Made by a program: the position numbers and the translations under genes | The notes under the pieces: model-generated | What the model saw: the letters and a program-made list of their open reading frames with translations, nothing else | Told to the model about the DNA's origin: nothing | Databases searched by the model: none | Virus record (IMG/VR): IMGVR_UViG_3300034107_000314 | Location: 64,001-128,000 of that record | DNA length: 64,000 nt | Source of the DNA: a virus | Reading direction: 5' to 3' (one strand) | Shown: positions 21,843 through 32,245 of the stretch, in pieces | How the letters are laid out: each line of letters opens with the position of its first letter | Numbering within the stretch: the stretch's first letter is position 1

Positions 21843-22493
21843 TTAAACCTCAAAAATAGCGTTAGAGATAATTGGGAATTCATTAATAAAGATTTTTTTG
21901 ATTTCTTCAGCAATCAAGCGATGTTCTTTTTGCGTATCTTCTTTTGTTCTAAGTTGAAGATAATGAATCCAGCTACGAATATTACCTTTCATATATAGAG
22001 TTGTTTGAACATTCAAAGGAAGTACCATTCTCGCACATTCTCTAGCAGTGCCAGCATTAATTAATCTATCGTACAATGATTTGCTATATTCAATATGTTC
22101 TTGAATTAAATCATTTGCTAATCCATCTTCAAGTTCTGGATTAATAATTTCATCGCCGACTTGACGATTAGTTTTACCTTGCGCTCTAAGTTCTATATTT
22201 TCAAAATCTTGTATTTCTGCATACCTTTGCGAGAATTCTTGAAATGAAAAAGTTTTATGACGAAGAATTTGAGCGGCAATAGCCCGACTTGTCTTGATTT
22301 CTACCGTCATGTCAGCTTGTTCAAAAATGCTCCAATGTCCATGTTTAATACAATACTTAAGAAGTTTATCTCCTGTGTCAACATTGAGTTGGTTATTTGG
22401 ATTACTAACTCTTGCACAATATACAATAATATCTTCTGCTTTATTTAAGCCTTCAATATTTGGCTTGGTTGTTGATACTAATTTGACTTTCAT
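21843..22493 (-). CDS. thyX: Flavin-dependent thymidylate synthase
   Basis: GHWSIFEQ; QILRHKTFSFQEFSQRY; ECARMVLP; TQKEHR. Confidence 0.96.
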   Translation of the reverse strand: MKVKLVSTTKPNIEGLNKAEDIIVYCARVSNPNNQLNVDTGDKLLKYCIKHGHWSIFEQADMTVEIKTSRAIAAQILRHKTFSFQEFSQRYAEIQDFENIELRAQGKTNRQVGDEIINPELEDGLANDLIQEHIEYSKSLYDRLINAGTARECARMVLPLNVQTTLYMKGNIRSWIHYLQLRTKEDTQKEHRLIAEEIKKIFINEFPIISNAIFEV

Positions 22494-23146
22494 TTAATCA
22501 TTCCTTCGTTTATCTTGTATGTCATTGTTTCTTTGTCAAAAATTATTATTCCACGCTGCACTAGATCGTATGAAACTTTTTCTAAATTGCAATGTAGATC
22601 TCTATGCATTTTAGAACTATTACAAATTGCTAAATTATCAATGTTGTTATTTAATTTATCGCCATCTATATGATGGATAGATTCTCCACCGCCATTCCAT
22701 TGCGTTTTTAATTCTCTTCCGATAGTTTCTTCAACTATTAAAATATGCTCTTTTTTATATTTTTGACGACCAGATGCAGTGAATTCGCCTTCACATTTTA
22801 TCATTTTGTATCCATCAGAAGATATATATTCTCCACCATTCCATCTACTGCTATTTTCTCTTGAAAACTGAGGTTTTTTAACTCCCTTTTGAGCAATTTT
22901 TGAATGGCAGTTAAGACAATAGTTACTTTTTCGTCTTTTATATGAATGATAATCCACTTCTTTTGTTATTCCACATCCTTCGCACGTAGAATTAATTTTC
23001 TTTCTTATTTGTGGGATTGCACTTGCACATGCTTTACAATTAAATCTTTTTCCATCCTTTTGGTGTTTGTCGTTATGGAAGTCATCTATATTTTTTTGAA
23101 TTCCACATTTAGTACAAGTCTTCATGATTTTGCTTCTCCTGTGCAT
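22490..23146 (-). CDS. HNH endonuclease with N-terminal zinc ribbons
   Basis: CTKC...KDGKRFNCKAC; IHHIDGDKLNNNIDNL. Confidence 0.85.
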   Translation of the reverse strand: MHRRSKIMKTCTKCGIQKNIDDFHNDKHQKDGKRFNCKACASAIPQIRKKINSTCEGCGITKEVDYHSYKRRKSNYCLNCHSKIAQKGVKKPQFSRENSSRWNGGEYISSDGYKMIKCEGEFTASGRQKYKKEHILIVEETIGRELKTQWNGGGESIHHIDGDKLNNNIDNLAICNSSKMHRDLHCNLEKVSYDLVQRGIIIFDKETMTYKINEGMIK

Positions 23147-23426
23147 TAAAGGTTAAATGTATACCTATTATAATATACACAGGGATTTAAAAAAGCTATT
23201 AAAACTCTACTTTATTGCTCATCGAGATCCTCTTTCTAATTTTTCTATTCTATCTCTATCATCTAAAATGTCAAGTTTTAAAGATTGTGATTTTACCAAT
23301 GTCATAATCATAAGAAAACTTGTAGAATTTATTCCAAAATTACGTTCTATAACGATATAGACGATTGAATATAACATAATCTCTATAGATACACAGGCTA
23401 TAGATCCGATAAATCTTATATTACGA

Positions 23427-23747
23427 TCACTCATATATATGCCCCGTTACTTTAATTGTGTGTTTAATTATATGATCTAACATACAGAACTCATCTTTTC
23501 CAAATACGTATACCGCATTAACGTCGCAGTATTTAACTTCTTGTTTTTTATAGCTATCAATTTCACCTTTGTTAGATGATACGCATACGTCAAAATCAAC
23601 TAGATCGCCTTCATATATTTCTATGCCATCGCAGTCTTTCATTCCTGTCCATTGCTCAGTTGGCCACCCTTCGTACATATAAAGGTCTTCTACGTAATGA
23701 ACCTCTTCATAGTTATTAACCCAGACTCTAAATTTAAGTTGTCTCAA
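23427..23747 (-). CDS. YopX-family protein
   Basis: LKFRVW...QWTGMKDCDGIEIYEGDLV...VTGHIYE. Confidence 0.85.
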   Translation of the reverse strand: MRQLKFRVWVNNYEEVHYVEDLYMYEGWPTEQWTGMKDCDGIEIYEGDLVDFDVCVSSNKGEIDSYKKQEVKYCDVNAVYVFGKDEFCMLDHIIKHTIKVTGHIYE

Positions 23748-24137
23748 TGTAATCCTCGCAAGAAATATAATATGTATTTGTTCCGACAGTTATATTTAAT
23801 TTTGGAAAATAACTATCTCCGTATTCCTGTCTAATTCTTTCATTTTCCTTCATTGATGGATATTCGCCCTTCTCATCTCTCCACATGGGAAATGGTTGCA
23901 ATCCATAGCAATCCCTTTGCTTCCAGAAGCATTTGCTATTTTGACATTCGCTAGTCCATTTACATTGATAATAATCAAGATTAGCTTGACTCATCGGGAT
24001 CTATCCTCCAAATTTTTCCATGTTCATCTGTACAAATTATATCCAATGAAAAGCACATTCTACAAAAAGGAATCTGCTTACGTTCAAACAGCTCCTTTGA
24101 TATTTTATTCTCTCTGCCACATTTATTACATTTGTAA

Positions 24138-25049
24138 TTAAGTTGTCTGCTTTCCATTTTTTAATATCTCATAGATAGCCCAGTCTTTCATCTTTAATTC
24201 TGTATCCCAATAAACATCTTTACCATATGAATTAGGAAGCTCAGTTGCATAGTCTGCGTGCTTACGAGTGCCATCTATACCTTCTGAGTAATGAAATAAT
24301 GGAGTCGTATTCCAAGTGGAGTATGCTAGTTCGAACGCTTCTTGCTCTTGTAATCCTCCAGATAACATTCTATAGTGGAGAATGTCAAATGTAACAGGAA
24401 TACCATAACGCAAGTGAAAAATATCATAGAGTCTTTTGATTGACCAAACACCTTTAGCATTATCATTATTCTCCAATACAAGTCGATTACGAACGCCCTT
24501 GGATAAGCGAGCAAAGTTAGACATAAATCGTGATGATATAACTTCTGGGTCTCCATCTTGTCGGCAGTGGATGTTTAAAGGAGACCTGTAATCATTAGGA
24601 AGTTTTAGTAAGTCAAAAATCATAGAGTGTAACTCAAGATCAAGAATGCTGTTATTAACAACACGATCTTCTAAACTAGTTAGTGAGATATACTCAGATG
24701 GGTGAGCTGAGATTCTTATATTGCTATTGGCAATAGTATTGGCAGTCTTGTCAATCTCATCGAATACTTCATCTACGTTTGGTAGGTCTGTGATAGACAA
24801 CATCATATCGGGGTGATTTAGCAAAGGAGTAATAGATGAGGATAATCTATACCCTGCAATACCTGTAGCGATACAATGCTTGATGGTTTTATGAGTGACC
24901 TTGAAATTATTAAGTATGCGACTGGAAAGGATCTGCATAGCTTCAGCCTTGGGCAATGCTGAGAATCTAGCATAAGTCATTGTCTGGAATTTAATGCCAC
25001 GTTCGGCCAGTTCATTTGAGATACAACAGAGTGCGAGTTTCAAGATCAA
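24138..25049 (-). CDS. uvsE: UV damage endonuclease
   Basis: YRLSS, RISAHP, NIH, RLVLENND, FDILH, PLFHYSE, HADY, ELKMKD. Confidence 0.92.
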   Translation of the reverse strand: MILKLALCCISNELAERGIKFQTMTYARFSALPKAEAMQILSSRILNNFKVTHKTIKHCIATGIAGYRLSSSITPLLNHPDMMLSITDLPNVDEVFDEIDKTANTIANSNIRISAHPSEYISLTSLEDRVVNNSILDLELHSMIFDLLKLPNDYRSPLNIHCRQDGDPEVISSRFMSNFARLSKGVRNRLVLENNDNAKGVWSIKRLYDIFHLRYGIPVTFDILHYRMLSGGLQEQEAFELAYSTWNTTPLFHYSEGIDGTRKHADYATELPNSYGKDVYWDTELKMKDWAIYEILKNGKQTT

Positions 25050-25416
25050 TCTCCTTAGTAGTGGTTGGTTACACTATTATTATACCATCGTCGGGCCAAG
25101 TGTCAACACAAAAAATCCCGCTTTCGCGGGATTCTCTCAGTGATTATTTTCAATTTCTCGGTACTCTTCTTTCAGGTCGTTCATCAGATCGTTAATCTTA
25201 GAACTGACTGAGGCTGCGAGCGGAAGTTTATCGGTATAACCCTTGACTTCGCCCAAAAGATCAATCCTCTTTTTATATCGAAGAAGATATTTATCTTTCC
25301 AAAGTTCAAGTTCTTCTTGCAGCTTGTTATCTAACTCATCGCCATTCTCAACTAAAAAGATAACATGTAATACCATGTCTCTATATTTTTTACTAACTAA
25401 ACATTTGAATATGAAT

Positions 25417-25860
25417 TTAAGAATTTTTAATATTGCCATTTGCGTTCACCTTCTTATCTTTATAAATTTGTGCGTCGATTAGTACGTTTGGATTATACGC
25501 AGACCAATTGAATAAATGGCCAAATATAAAGTGACATTTATTGTGTTCACATAGAGTAATTAAATTAGAAGGTACTAATTCTTTAGTGGGATCTACGTGA
25601 AATGGAACTATATGATGAACACTAAGATCTTCTTTAGTTCCACATACCTGACAGGTCGATTGTTCTTTCAAGTGTTGGGTGCGAACTTTATTCCATTGAG
25701 GAGATCTCTGTCCAGCATTTGCACCAAAAAGTCCTAAGTGGTCGTCTATTGATTTAGAGAACTTCAATGCACTGTCGCATAGCTGCCTAAAACTCTCATC
25801 TGATAAATATCTCAGAATAAACTGGATAAGTTTTTTAATCGTTATCATTGATATCTCCAT
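25417..25860 (-). CDS. HNH endonuclease
   Basis: CQVCG...VHHIVP...NLITLCE..CHFIFGH. Confidence 0.85.
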   Translation of the reverse strand: MEISMITIKKLIQFILRYLSDESFRQLCDSALKFSKSIDDHLGLFGANAGQRSPQWNKVRTQHLKEQSTCQVCGTKEDLSVHHIVPFHVDPTKELVPSNLITLCEHNKCHFIFGHLFNWSAYNPNVLIDAQIYKDKKVNANGNIKNS

Positions 25861-26102
25861 CTAATAGGAATTTAATTAACAAACCTACTAGTAATATACA
25901 CACTATAGACCACCCAAGCATTTCAACTGCTAATCGAATGCAATCAAACATCACTTAATCCTTTTTAAGCAGTATACATAAGATATGGTTAATGCTATAG
26001 CACATCCAAAATATCCAGTCATTCTGTATTCTTGATCTAGTGCATTTACAATTAGGAGAGAATTGACCACTAGATATTCGAATGTTAAAATAGCTTTATT
26101 AC

Positions 26103-26480
26103 TCATACATTTACCTTTAATAGTTTGTGAGGTTGTCGATTAACTACGTCTACCTTTTTAGCTTCGCCCATATAAACAAAACGTCTGCCACCAAAGTCCA
26201 GCTTTCTTCCTCTGGGGCTATACTCATAAGCGTAGAACCCATCTTTATTCATTTCATCCACCTTGTAATATCCGTAACTACCTTGGAAGATCTTCCCATT
26301 GGGAGAATCAAAGTATGGGCCATGCCCTTGGATAGACCTGACAACATCACCCTTTTGTAATTCTTGCCAATCCTCAACTTCAAGATGGTGTTTTTTAGGA
26401 TCTGCAACTTTAGGCTTGCGACCTTTGTTCGCTTCAACTTTTCTAACCGCTTCCAAGATACTGGAAATGTTATAATCCAT
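26103..26480 (-). CDS. Hypothetical protein
   Basis: ORF with upstream AGGAG RBS. Confidence 0.55.
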   Translation of the reverse strand: MDYNISSILEAVRKVEANKGRKPKVADPKKHHLEVEDWQELQKGDVVRSIQGHGPYFDSPNGKIFQGSYGYYKVDEMNKDGFYAYEYSPRGRKLDFGGRRFVYMGEAKKVDVVNRQPHKLLKVNV

Positions 26481-26709
26481 ACTTCGCTCCTGTAGAGTTC
26501 AAGATTCCAAATTGAAAAAGCTATGACTGATGCCATAGCTCCATTATACAACGTGTAATTCATTTTGTCAAGTTCTTTGTAAAATTGTGTATTATATTGT
26601 ATAGGAATGTTGCTGGTCCCACCGTTCCATGTTATCATTATAGCAGATAGCTCATTTTTTGTCAAGGACCAGTTGGCAAATTTTGAGCTATTTTTTTTGG
26701 AATATACTA

Positions 26710-27249
26710 ATGAAAAAATGTCACATGTGCCAATTGATAAAATCTTTTGATGAATTCCATAAAGATAAAAGTAGATATGATGGTTTAAATCATAGATGTA
26801 AAGACTGTAATAAGATACATCGTGCCAATTGCTATATCAAAAATAAAGATAAAGAATCTAAAAAGGTAAAAGAGTATAATCAAAAACCTGAAACAAAATT
26901 ACGGAAAAATCAAATACAAAGATATAGAACAAAATTTGACATGCATTATAAAATGAGAAAAAATATATCAAGAAGGATTATACATGCAATTAAAGATAAT
27001 GCAAAATCAATATCTACTATGGAATATATTGGATGCTCTATAGAACATCTTAAAGATTATTTACAATCTAAATTTGAAAACGGAATGACGTGGGAAAATT
27101 ATGGCAAGTGGCATATCGACCATATACGTCCATGTGCATCATTTGATTTAACTGATATTGAACAACAGAAGATTTGCTTTAATTATAAAAATCTTCAGCC
27201 TCTATGGGCTGAAGATAATTTTAAAAAATCAGATAAATGGATTAATTAA
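26710..27249 (+). CDS. HNH/EndoVII-like homing endonuclease, opposite strand to neighbours
   Basis: CHMC...DGLNHRCKDC; GMTWENYGKWHIDHIRPCASF...NLQPLWAEDN. Confidence 0.85.
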   Translation: MKKCHMCQLIKSFDEFHKDKSRYDGLNHRCKDCNKIHRANCYIKNKDKESKKVKEYNQKPETKLRKNQIQRYRTKFDMHYKMRKNISRRIIHAIKDNAKSISTMEYIGCSIEHLKDYLQSKFENGMTWENYGKWHIDHIRPCASFDLTDIEQQKICFNYKNLQPLWAEDNFKKSDKWIN

Positions 27250-27713
27250 TATCCATTTGCTGTGCATCCTGTCGCACATCTTGCTACACCAATCGCAGTA
27301 TTAATTCCTAATAGCATAGCATTATGCGCTGGCGAGGCTACCCAAAGATTGAAAGCCGATACAAAATCTCCTACGCCAGCCCAATTTTGACGACCAAAGA
27401 TTGAATGCGGTGCGTGTACAGCATTGTTTGTAGCTGCCATATTTGCTGCGTCCTGTGACCATCCTACAGGAGCAAGCCCGTGATTTGCTCTGTGTTGATT
27501 AACGAGAGCTAAGAATTGCCCTTCTGCACTCTCAACTGTTTGATTCGGTGTTAAAATTCTATATTGTCCAGCAAGCTCACCATTTAAAATTTTCTTACCC
27601 TGTACATTACCATACTCTACAGTATAAATATTTTCAAGTTCCCCAAGTGTTTCACCCGGAGCAGCAACTTGAGCAATAATCATACCAACTGTAAACATAA
27701 TTCCATTCACCAT
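27246..27713 (-). CDS. CAP/SCP-domain protein
   Basis: LALVNQHRANHGLAPV; WVASPAHNAMLL; IGVA. Confidence 0.8.
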   Translation of the reverse strand: MVNGIMFTVGMIIAQVAAPGETLGELENIYTVEYGNVQGKKILNGELAGQYRILTPNQTVESAEGQFLALVNQHRANHGLAPVGWSQDAANMAATNNAVHAPHSIFGRQNWAGVGDFVSAFNLWVASPAHNAMLLGINTAIGVARCATGCTANGY

Positions 27714-28168
27714 TTTATTTTCTCCATTAAAAGGGGTCTGTTATATAGGTCAATCCCATAGAATATCTATTATATTTTAAAGAACGATATTTTTCAATAT
27801 CAAGTTCTCTAAAAGGGATTTCTCTCATATCTTCATTTACTCCATTAGGAGTGCCAGTTAAGCATCTACACTTGAGATACCAATTTATTACATCTTTGAG
27901 AAATAAGAATTTACCCTTACGCAATGCGGCTTTTCCTAGTCTTTTAAGTGCTTTCTTATTCAAATTAGTCTGTATTATAAAGTTAAGTTGACTAAATGAT
28001 CCAATTATTCCATATGGAGTCAACTGCTCATCTAAGCATTTTCTAACTATATAAATAGCTTCTCCCTCCTTATAGCCATTTAAATTTTTAGATTCGTAAT
28101 AAAGAAACTTATCTCTAGAGCGTTGACAATTCTTTTTCACAAATTTTAGGAATGTAGAGAACCGCATT

Positions 28169-28837
28169 TTACACCTCTAGTTCTACATAGCTTAATTCAT
28201 CAATACATCTGAATTGAGTTCCATTAATTTCACTAGCCCAGTTATTATGATAGTGACCAAAGTACCAACGCTTAGGTTGATGGGATTGGAACATCATTTC
28301 TAATAACTCGCTTGTCTTAGTAGTGAACCTCTGAGGGTTATACCCAAACATTTCAAGGATTTTATTATCCCCGACATATTGCGAAATACTTCTGGGACAT
28401 TCGTGAGTAATCACAACGTCTGGTTTCATTTTCTGATATTGCCATAAAGCCATTTCCATTTCTTCCATTGAGAGTTCTTCATTATCCCAATAAGATTTAG
28501 CTCCACCCATTAGAAAACTCTTTTGTCGTTGCTTCCAGTCAATCGAGAATCCACCCCGAAGGAAAAAGAAGTCGAGTCCACCATGAGTTGCAGTCCCATA
28601 ATCTTTACTCATGCCCGTTGTAATTGTAGATTCTACAACATAAGGAGATCCGTAATATCTATCATAGTTGTCATGGTTTCCACCAATAAACTTATGATTG
28701 TCTTGATTGATAGCTCTTAGCTCAGAGTAGTCAAATCCCATATCTCCAACTTGGATAGAATAATCGCACTCTTTAGTGAGTGCGATATAATCTTGAAATT
28801 TAGCATGAACATCGCCAATAATTCTTAGTGTAGACAT
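28169..28837 (-). CDS. Calcineurin-like metallophosphoesterase
   Basis: GDVH, GDMG, GNHD, THECP, FGHYH. Confidence 0.92.
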   Translation of the reverse strand: MSTLRIIGDVHAKFQDYIALTKECDYSIQVGDMGFDYSELRAINQDNHKFIGGNHDNYDRYYGSPYVVESTITTGMSKDYGTATHGGLDFFFLRGGFSIDWKQRQKSFLMGGAKSYWDNEELSMEEMEMALWQYQKMKPDVVITHECPRSISQYVGDNKILEMFGYNPQRFTTKTSELLEMMFQSHQPKRWYFGHYHNNWASEINGTQFRCIDELSYVELEV

Positions 28838-29149
28838 AGTTTACCTTGCGTATTCTGTTTTAAAGTACCTATCTGCTCGATCAACCATACGTTGAATAGA
28901 TCGCTCCACTAAGCCCTCTTTTTTCACTGGAATTTCTGGAAAAATCCCAAGTTCTGCTCGCCCAATAGCAATGTTCTTTGCAATCTTCTTGTCAAATTCA
29001 TCTTTTGGATTTAGAAGGCTAATTCCAATTGAATCCTTGTTAATAGCAACAATACAACCAATAGGTTCACGCTTAGCATTACGGATATATTCACACAAAT
29101 AATTCATTTTTTTCTCCTGCTGTGTATAGTATTACGGAGGTAATTCAAT

Positions 29150-29755
29150 ATGAAACAATGTAAGAAGTGTTTAGACACAAAAGATTTATCGGATTTTACA
29201 AAAAATAAGAATTCAAAAGACGGTTTATGCTGTTATTGTAGAATATGTAAATCTCAAGTAGATCGTGATTACTATAAAAATAATAGCAAAGAGATCAACA
29301 AGAGAAGGTTGTCGTATCATAAAACCAGTCCGATTCCTAAAGAATGTCGTAAACGATATGCAAAAAGTGAGAAGGGCAAAATGGCCCAACGTAAATATGT
29401 TAAAAAACGCTATCAGTCAAATCTTGAATTTAAGATTCGGACAACGCTTAGAAGTCGATTAAAACATGCAATAGACGGAAATATTAAAAAATTATCCGCT
29501 ATTAAATTACTTGGATGCACTGTAGAATATTTTATATCGTACATTGAATCCAAGCTATTGCCTGATATGACTTGGGAAAATTATGGAAATCCCAATGGAA
29601 ATCATAGTGATTGTTGGCATATTGATCACATAATACCATGTGCTAGATTTAATCTAGTAGATCTAGAACAACAAAAATTATGTTTTCATTATACTAATTT
29701 ACAACCACTATGGGCAAAAGATAATTTATCTAAAGCTGATAAAATTATCAGTTAG
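29150..29755 (+). CDS. HNH/EndoVII-like homing endonuclease, paralog of 26710-27249
   Basis: CKKC...KDGLCCYCRIC; MTWENYG...WHIDHIIPCARF...NLQPLWAKDN. Confidence 0.85.
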   Translation: MKQCKKCLDTKDLSDFTKNKNSKDGLCCYCRICKSQVDRDYYKNNSKEINKRRLSYHKTSPIPKECRKRYAKSEKGKMAQRKYVKKRYQSNLEFKIRTTLRSRLKHAIDGNIKKLSAIKLLGCTVEYFISYIESKLLPDMTWENYGNPNGNHSDCWHIDHIIPCARFNLVDLEQQKLCFHYTNLQPLWAKDNLSKADKIIS

Positions 29756-30411
29756 AAAATAGTTTGTTCAATTCTTCAATTTCTAGATCAATTTTGACGA
29801 TAGCTTGCAAAAGTGCTTCTCGTCTATTTTTCAATCTTTCAAGATTAACACTTGCTTCATATAGTTTTTTGTATTTGGCAGTCAAATCAGATTGAGCTGA
29901 CTGTTCAGTTTCAGGTTTTTCTTCCATCCTACTTTTGAAGATCTCATCAATAGTATTTTGAAGATCTTTAAAATCGACTGTCCAAGTTGGCATCTTTATT
30001 CTCCATTTGAAACACGGTTAAGTTGTCCACGTCTTTATTATACTTGACAGAACCCTGATTGTCAAGCAAGTCCGTAGAAAAATTTCCAATTTCCACTCCA
30101 GCGTTCGTCACGGTCACTGTTCCCGTAAGAAAACGACCATCTTCTTTTCCACCAACAACTGTTTGTGATACGAATGATTCTGTAAGTTTAGCTGTTTGAT
30201 TCATTTTTAATCTCCTCAAGTCTTTTAATGATAGCATTCCACTGGGTAGGCATCAGGCAACCGGATAGCTGATGCAACAAAAATTTAATCTGTTCTTCCT
30301 GAACTTTCAACTTCAATTCTAAATCTCGCATGTTGCTTTCCATAAATGTGAAATTTGGGTCAATTGATTCTAGATCTTCAGACACTTTACTGTCCTTTCG
30401 TTAGTGGTTAG

Positions 30412-30486
30412 TGGAGCGTGAGGGAATCGCACCCTCGCCCTTCCGTTTTCTCCAGAAGCTGTTAAGCTAAACTACAGTAACGCCCC
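30412..30486 (-). ncRNA. Non-canonical tRNA-like RNA: Ala-type acceptor stem, atypical anticodon loop (GAA at positions 34-36)
   Basis: GGGGCGT TA CTGT-AGTTTAGCTTA-ACAG C TTCTG-GAGAAAA-CGGAA GGGC GAGGG-TGCGATT-CCCTC ACGCTCC A; G3:U70 and A73. Confidence 0.7.
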
Positions 30487-30585
30487 GTTTAAAAAGTTGG
30501 ATGGGGAGATCTTGGCTCCATAGGAATTGCAGTCCTCTGATATACAATCTATCATACATACCACCCATTATTGTACATCCAACTA

Positions 30586-30670
30586 CGAGAAGTGAAGGAT
30601 TTGAACCTCCGGGACTTTTACATCCTTCCGTTTTCAAAACGGACGCATTAGGCCACTCTGCCAACTTCTC
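30586..30670 (-). tRNA. tRNA-Ser(TGA)
   Basis: Cloverleaf; TCCGT-TTTGAAA-ACGGA; long variable arm; G73. Confidence 0.92.
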
Positions 30671-30673
30671 AAG

Positions 30674-30746
30674 GGTACTCGACGGGATTCGAACCCGCAA
30701 TCACAAATTCCACAAATTTGGGCTTTACCAATTCAGCTACGAGTAC
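30674..30746 (-). tRNA. tRNA-His(GTG)
   Basis: CAAAT-TTGTGGA-ATTTG; C73; encoded -1 base is T, not G. Confidence 0.88.
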
Positions 30747-30748
30747 AG

Positions 30749-30826
30749 TGGAAGTGAGAGGAATTGAACCTCTGCAAATGTCCCGGCGTTTCAAACCGGC
30801 GCTCTACCAAACTGAGCTACACTTCC
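30749..30826 (-). tRNA. tRNA-Phe(GAA)
   Basis: CCGGT-TTGAAAC-GCCGG; enlarged variable loop. Confidence 0.85.
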
Positions 30827-30846
30827 AATATCATTGAGACTGCAAA

Positions 30847-30920
30847 TCTAGATGAGAGGATTTGAACCTCTGGCCTCCTGTTCCCAAAACAGGCGCTCTA
30901 CCAAACTGAGCTACACCTAG
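30847..30920 (-). tRNA. tRNA-Pro(TGG)
   Basis: CCTGT-TTTGGGA-ACAGG; C1:G72, A73. Confidence 0.93.
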
Positions 30921-30925
30921 CTCTA

Positions 30926-31015
30926 CGGAATCGACAGGATTTGAACCTGTGGGAACTCAAATGCAGCTCCAACGGTTTAGCAAACCGCCGCCTTAAACCA
31001 CTCAGCCACGATTCC
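30926..31015 (-). tRNA. tRNA-Ser(GCT)
   Basis: GCGGT-TTGCTAA-ACCGT; long variable arm. Confidence 0.92.
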
Positions 31016-31063
31016 TTACTACTGTATTATACCCTATGCCAATCAAAAAGTCAACTGTTTTTT

Positions 31064-31853
31064 TTACAGTGTTGTTCTTCTCGGTCTTGGCGGCGGCGTT
31101 GGAATGCCAGTTGGCCTCAGCGGTGGAGTCACTGGAGTAACTACAGGAGCGTCCCTGTACGCAGATGCGACAAGAGACTCAGCTTCTAGTTTAACACCGT
31201 CCAGCGTCAAAGCAAGTTCTTTTCTTTCATACGTCAAAAAGATATCACCGAGCTTATAAATTGCACGCAATGTGTAGGTACTGTTGTTGTTTTGAACGAT
31301 AGAAATATCTAAATCTCTATACTTGGTATTGAACGAGTTACTTGTTACAAGTGTCCAGCTGTCGGAACGTATCATATTATTATCCTCAAATAGTTTTTGG
31401 TGGTAGTGGTGAACTATTAATTACTTTACCAGATGGATCTTTAGGAACCCATACATAGCTTTCATTATCAATGAAGTCTTGTAATTTTGGCGGCAAACAG
31501 TTAATTCTAGACATAAGAAGCATAACGTGCGTCTTGCTAGCTTCAGTATATTTCTTTATAGCTGCGGCTCGTCTGTTCCTAGCTTCTTGTTCTTCTTGAG
31601 TTATTTTTGGTAAAACAATAGGAAGTACTGCCACTCCAAAAGCCTGCAATACTACCTTATCCGCTTCATCTTTTGCTGCGTCTATCGTTGGCAAGTCCAA
31701 AGACTGATTTAAAAAATTTGCATTTCCAACTTTTATTGCGGCAGTGAAGTCATATAATCCATTCTCATCTTGCACAATAGAGAATTTAAGATTGTTGTAA
31801 CTTGCCACTTGACTTTTAGAATTTACTGAAACCCAATTATTTACTGTTCTCAT
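31064..31853 (-). other. Tandem paralogous hypothetical proteins (31064-31375, 31386-31853)
   Basis: Shared N-terminal pattern W-x10-Y..L..SIVQ..N..Y...A..K.G; both have Pro-rich tails. Confidence 0.65.
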
Positions 31854-32194
31854 TTATATGTCTCCACTGTTATTATTTTTCTTAATTCGTTTACATATTT
31901 AGATTCTGGATTTACTCCGATAATCTTAGCAAATACACTTCCTTTGTTGAATATATATACTGATGGCATTGCAGAAACGCCATACACAGTTGCTAAATTA
32001 GCACATAGATCTGTATTGATTTTAGCTACTACAAGTTCTTTTCCGAAGTCTTTTGCGATTTTATCCATTAACGGGGATATCATCTTGCAAGGTCCGCACC
32101 AAGGTGCGTAAAAATCTACCAAGACTGGCTTATCGCTATTTAATACTATTGACTCCCAATCACTCTCATTGATTTCTATTGGATTTTCTGGCAT
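31850..32194 (-). CDS. trxA: Thioredoxin
   Basis: VLVDFYAPWCGPCKM. Confidence 0.95.
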   Translation of the reverse strand: MPENPIEINESDWESIVLNSDKPVLVDFYAPWCGPCKMISPLMDKIAKDFGKELVVAKINTDLCANLATVYGVSAMPSVYIFNKGSVFAKIIGVNPESKYVNELRKIITVETYK

Positions 32195-32245
32195 TCTATT
32201 CTCCGCTTGGCCTTTGTTGATTTGATAATTTTATTATAACATGGT

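Noticed and set aside
30412-30486. Full-length or permuted tmRNA
   Set aside because: Both acceptor strands lie within 75 nt, leaving no tag reading frame; kept only as a tRNA-like RNA
30467-31189. ORFs 30467-30700, 30501-30767 and 30941-31189 (likewise 55074-55319 and 55368-55553)
   Set aside because: They overlap tRNA genes and are spurious translations
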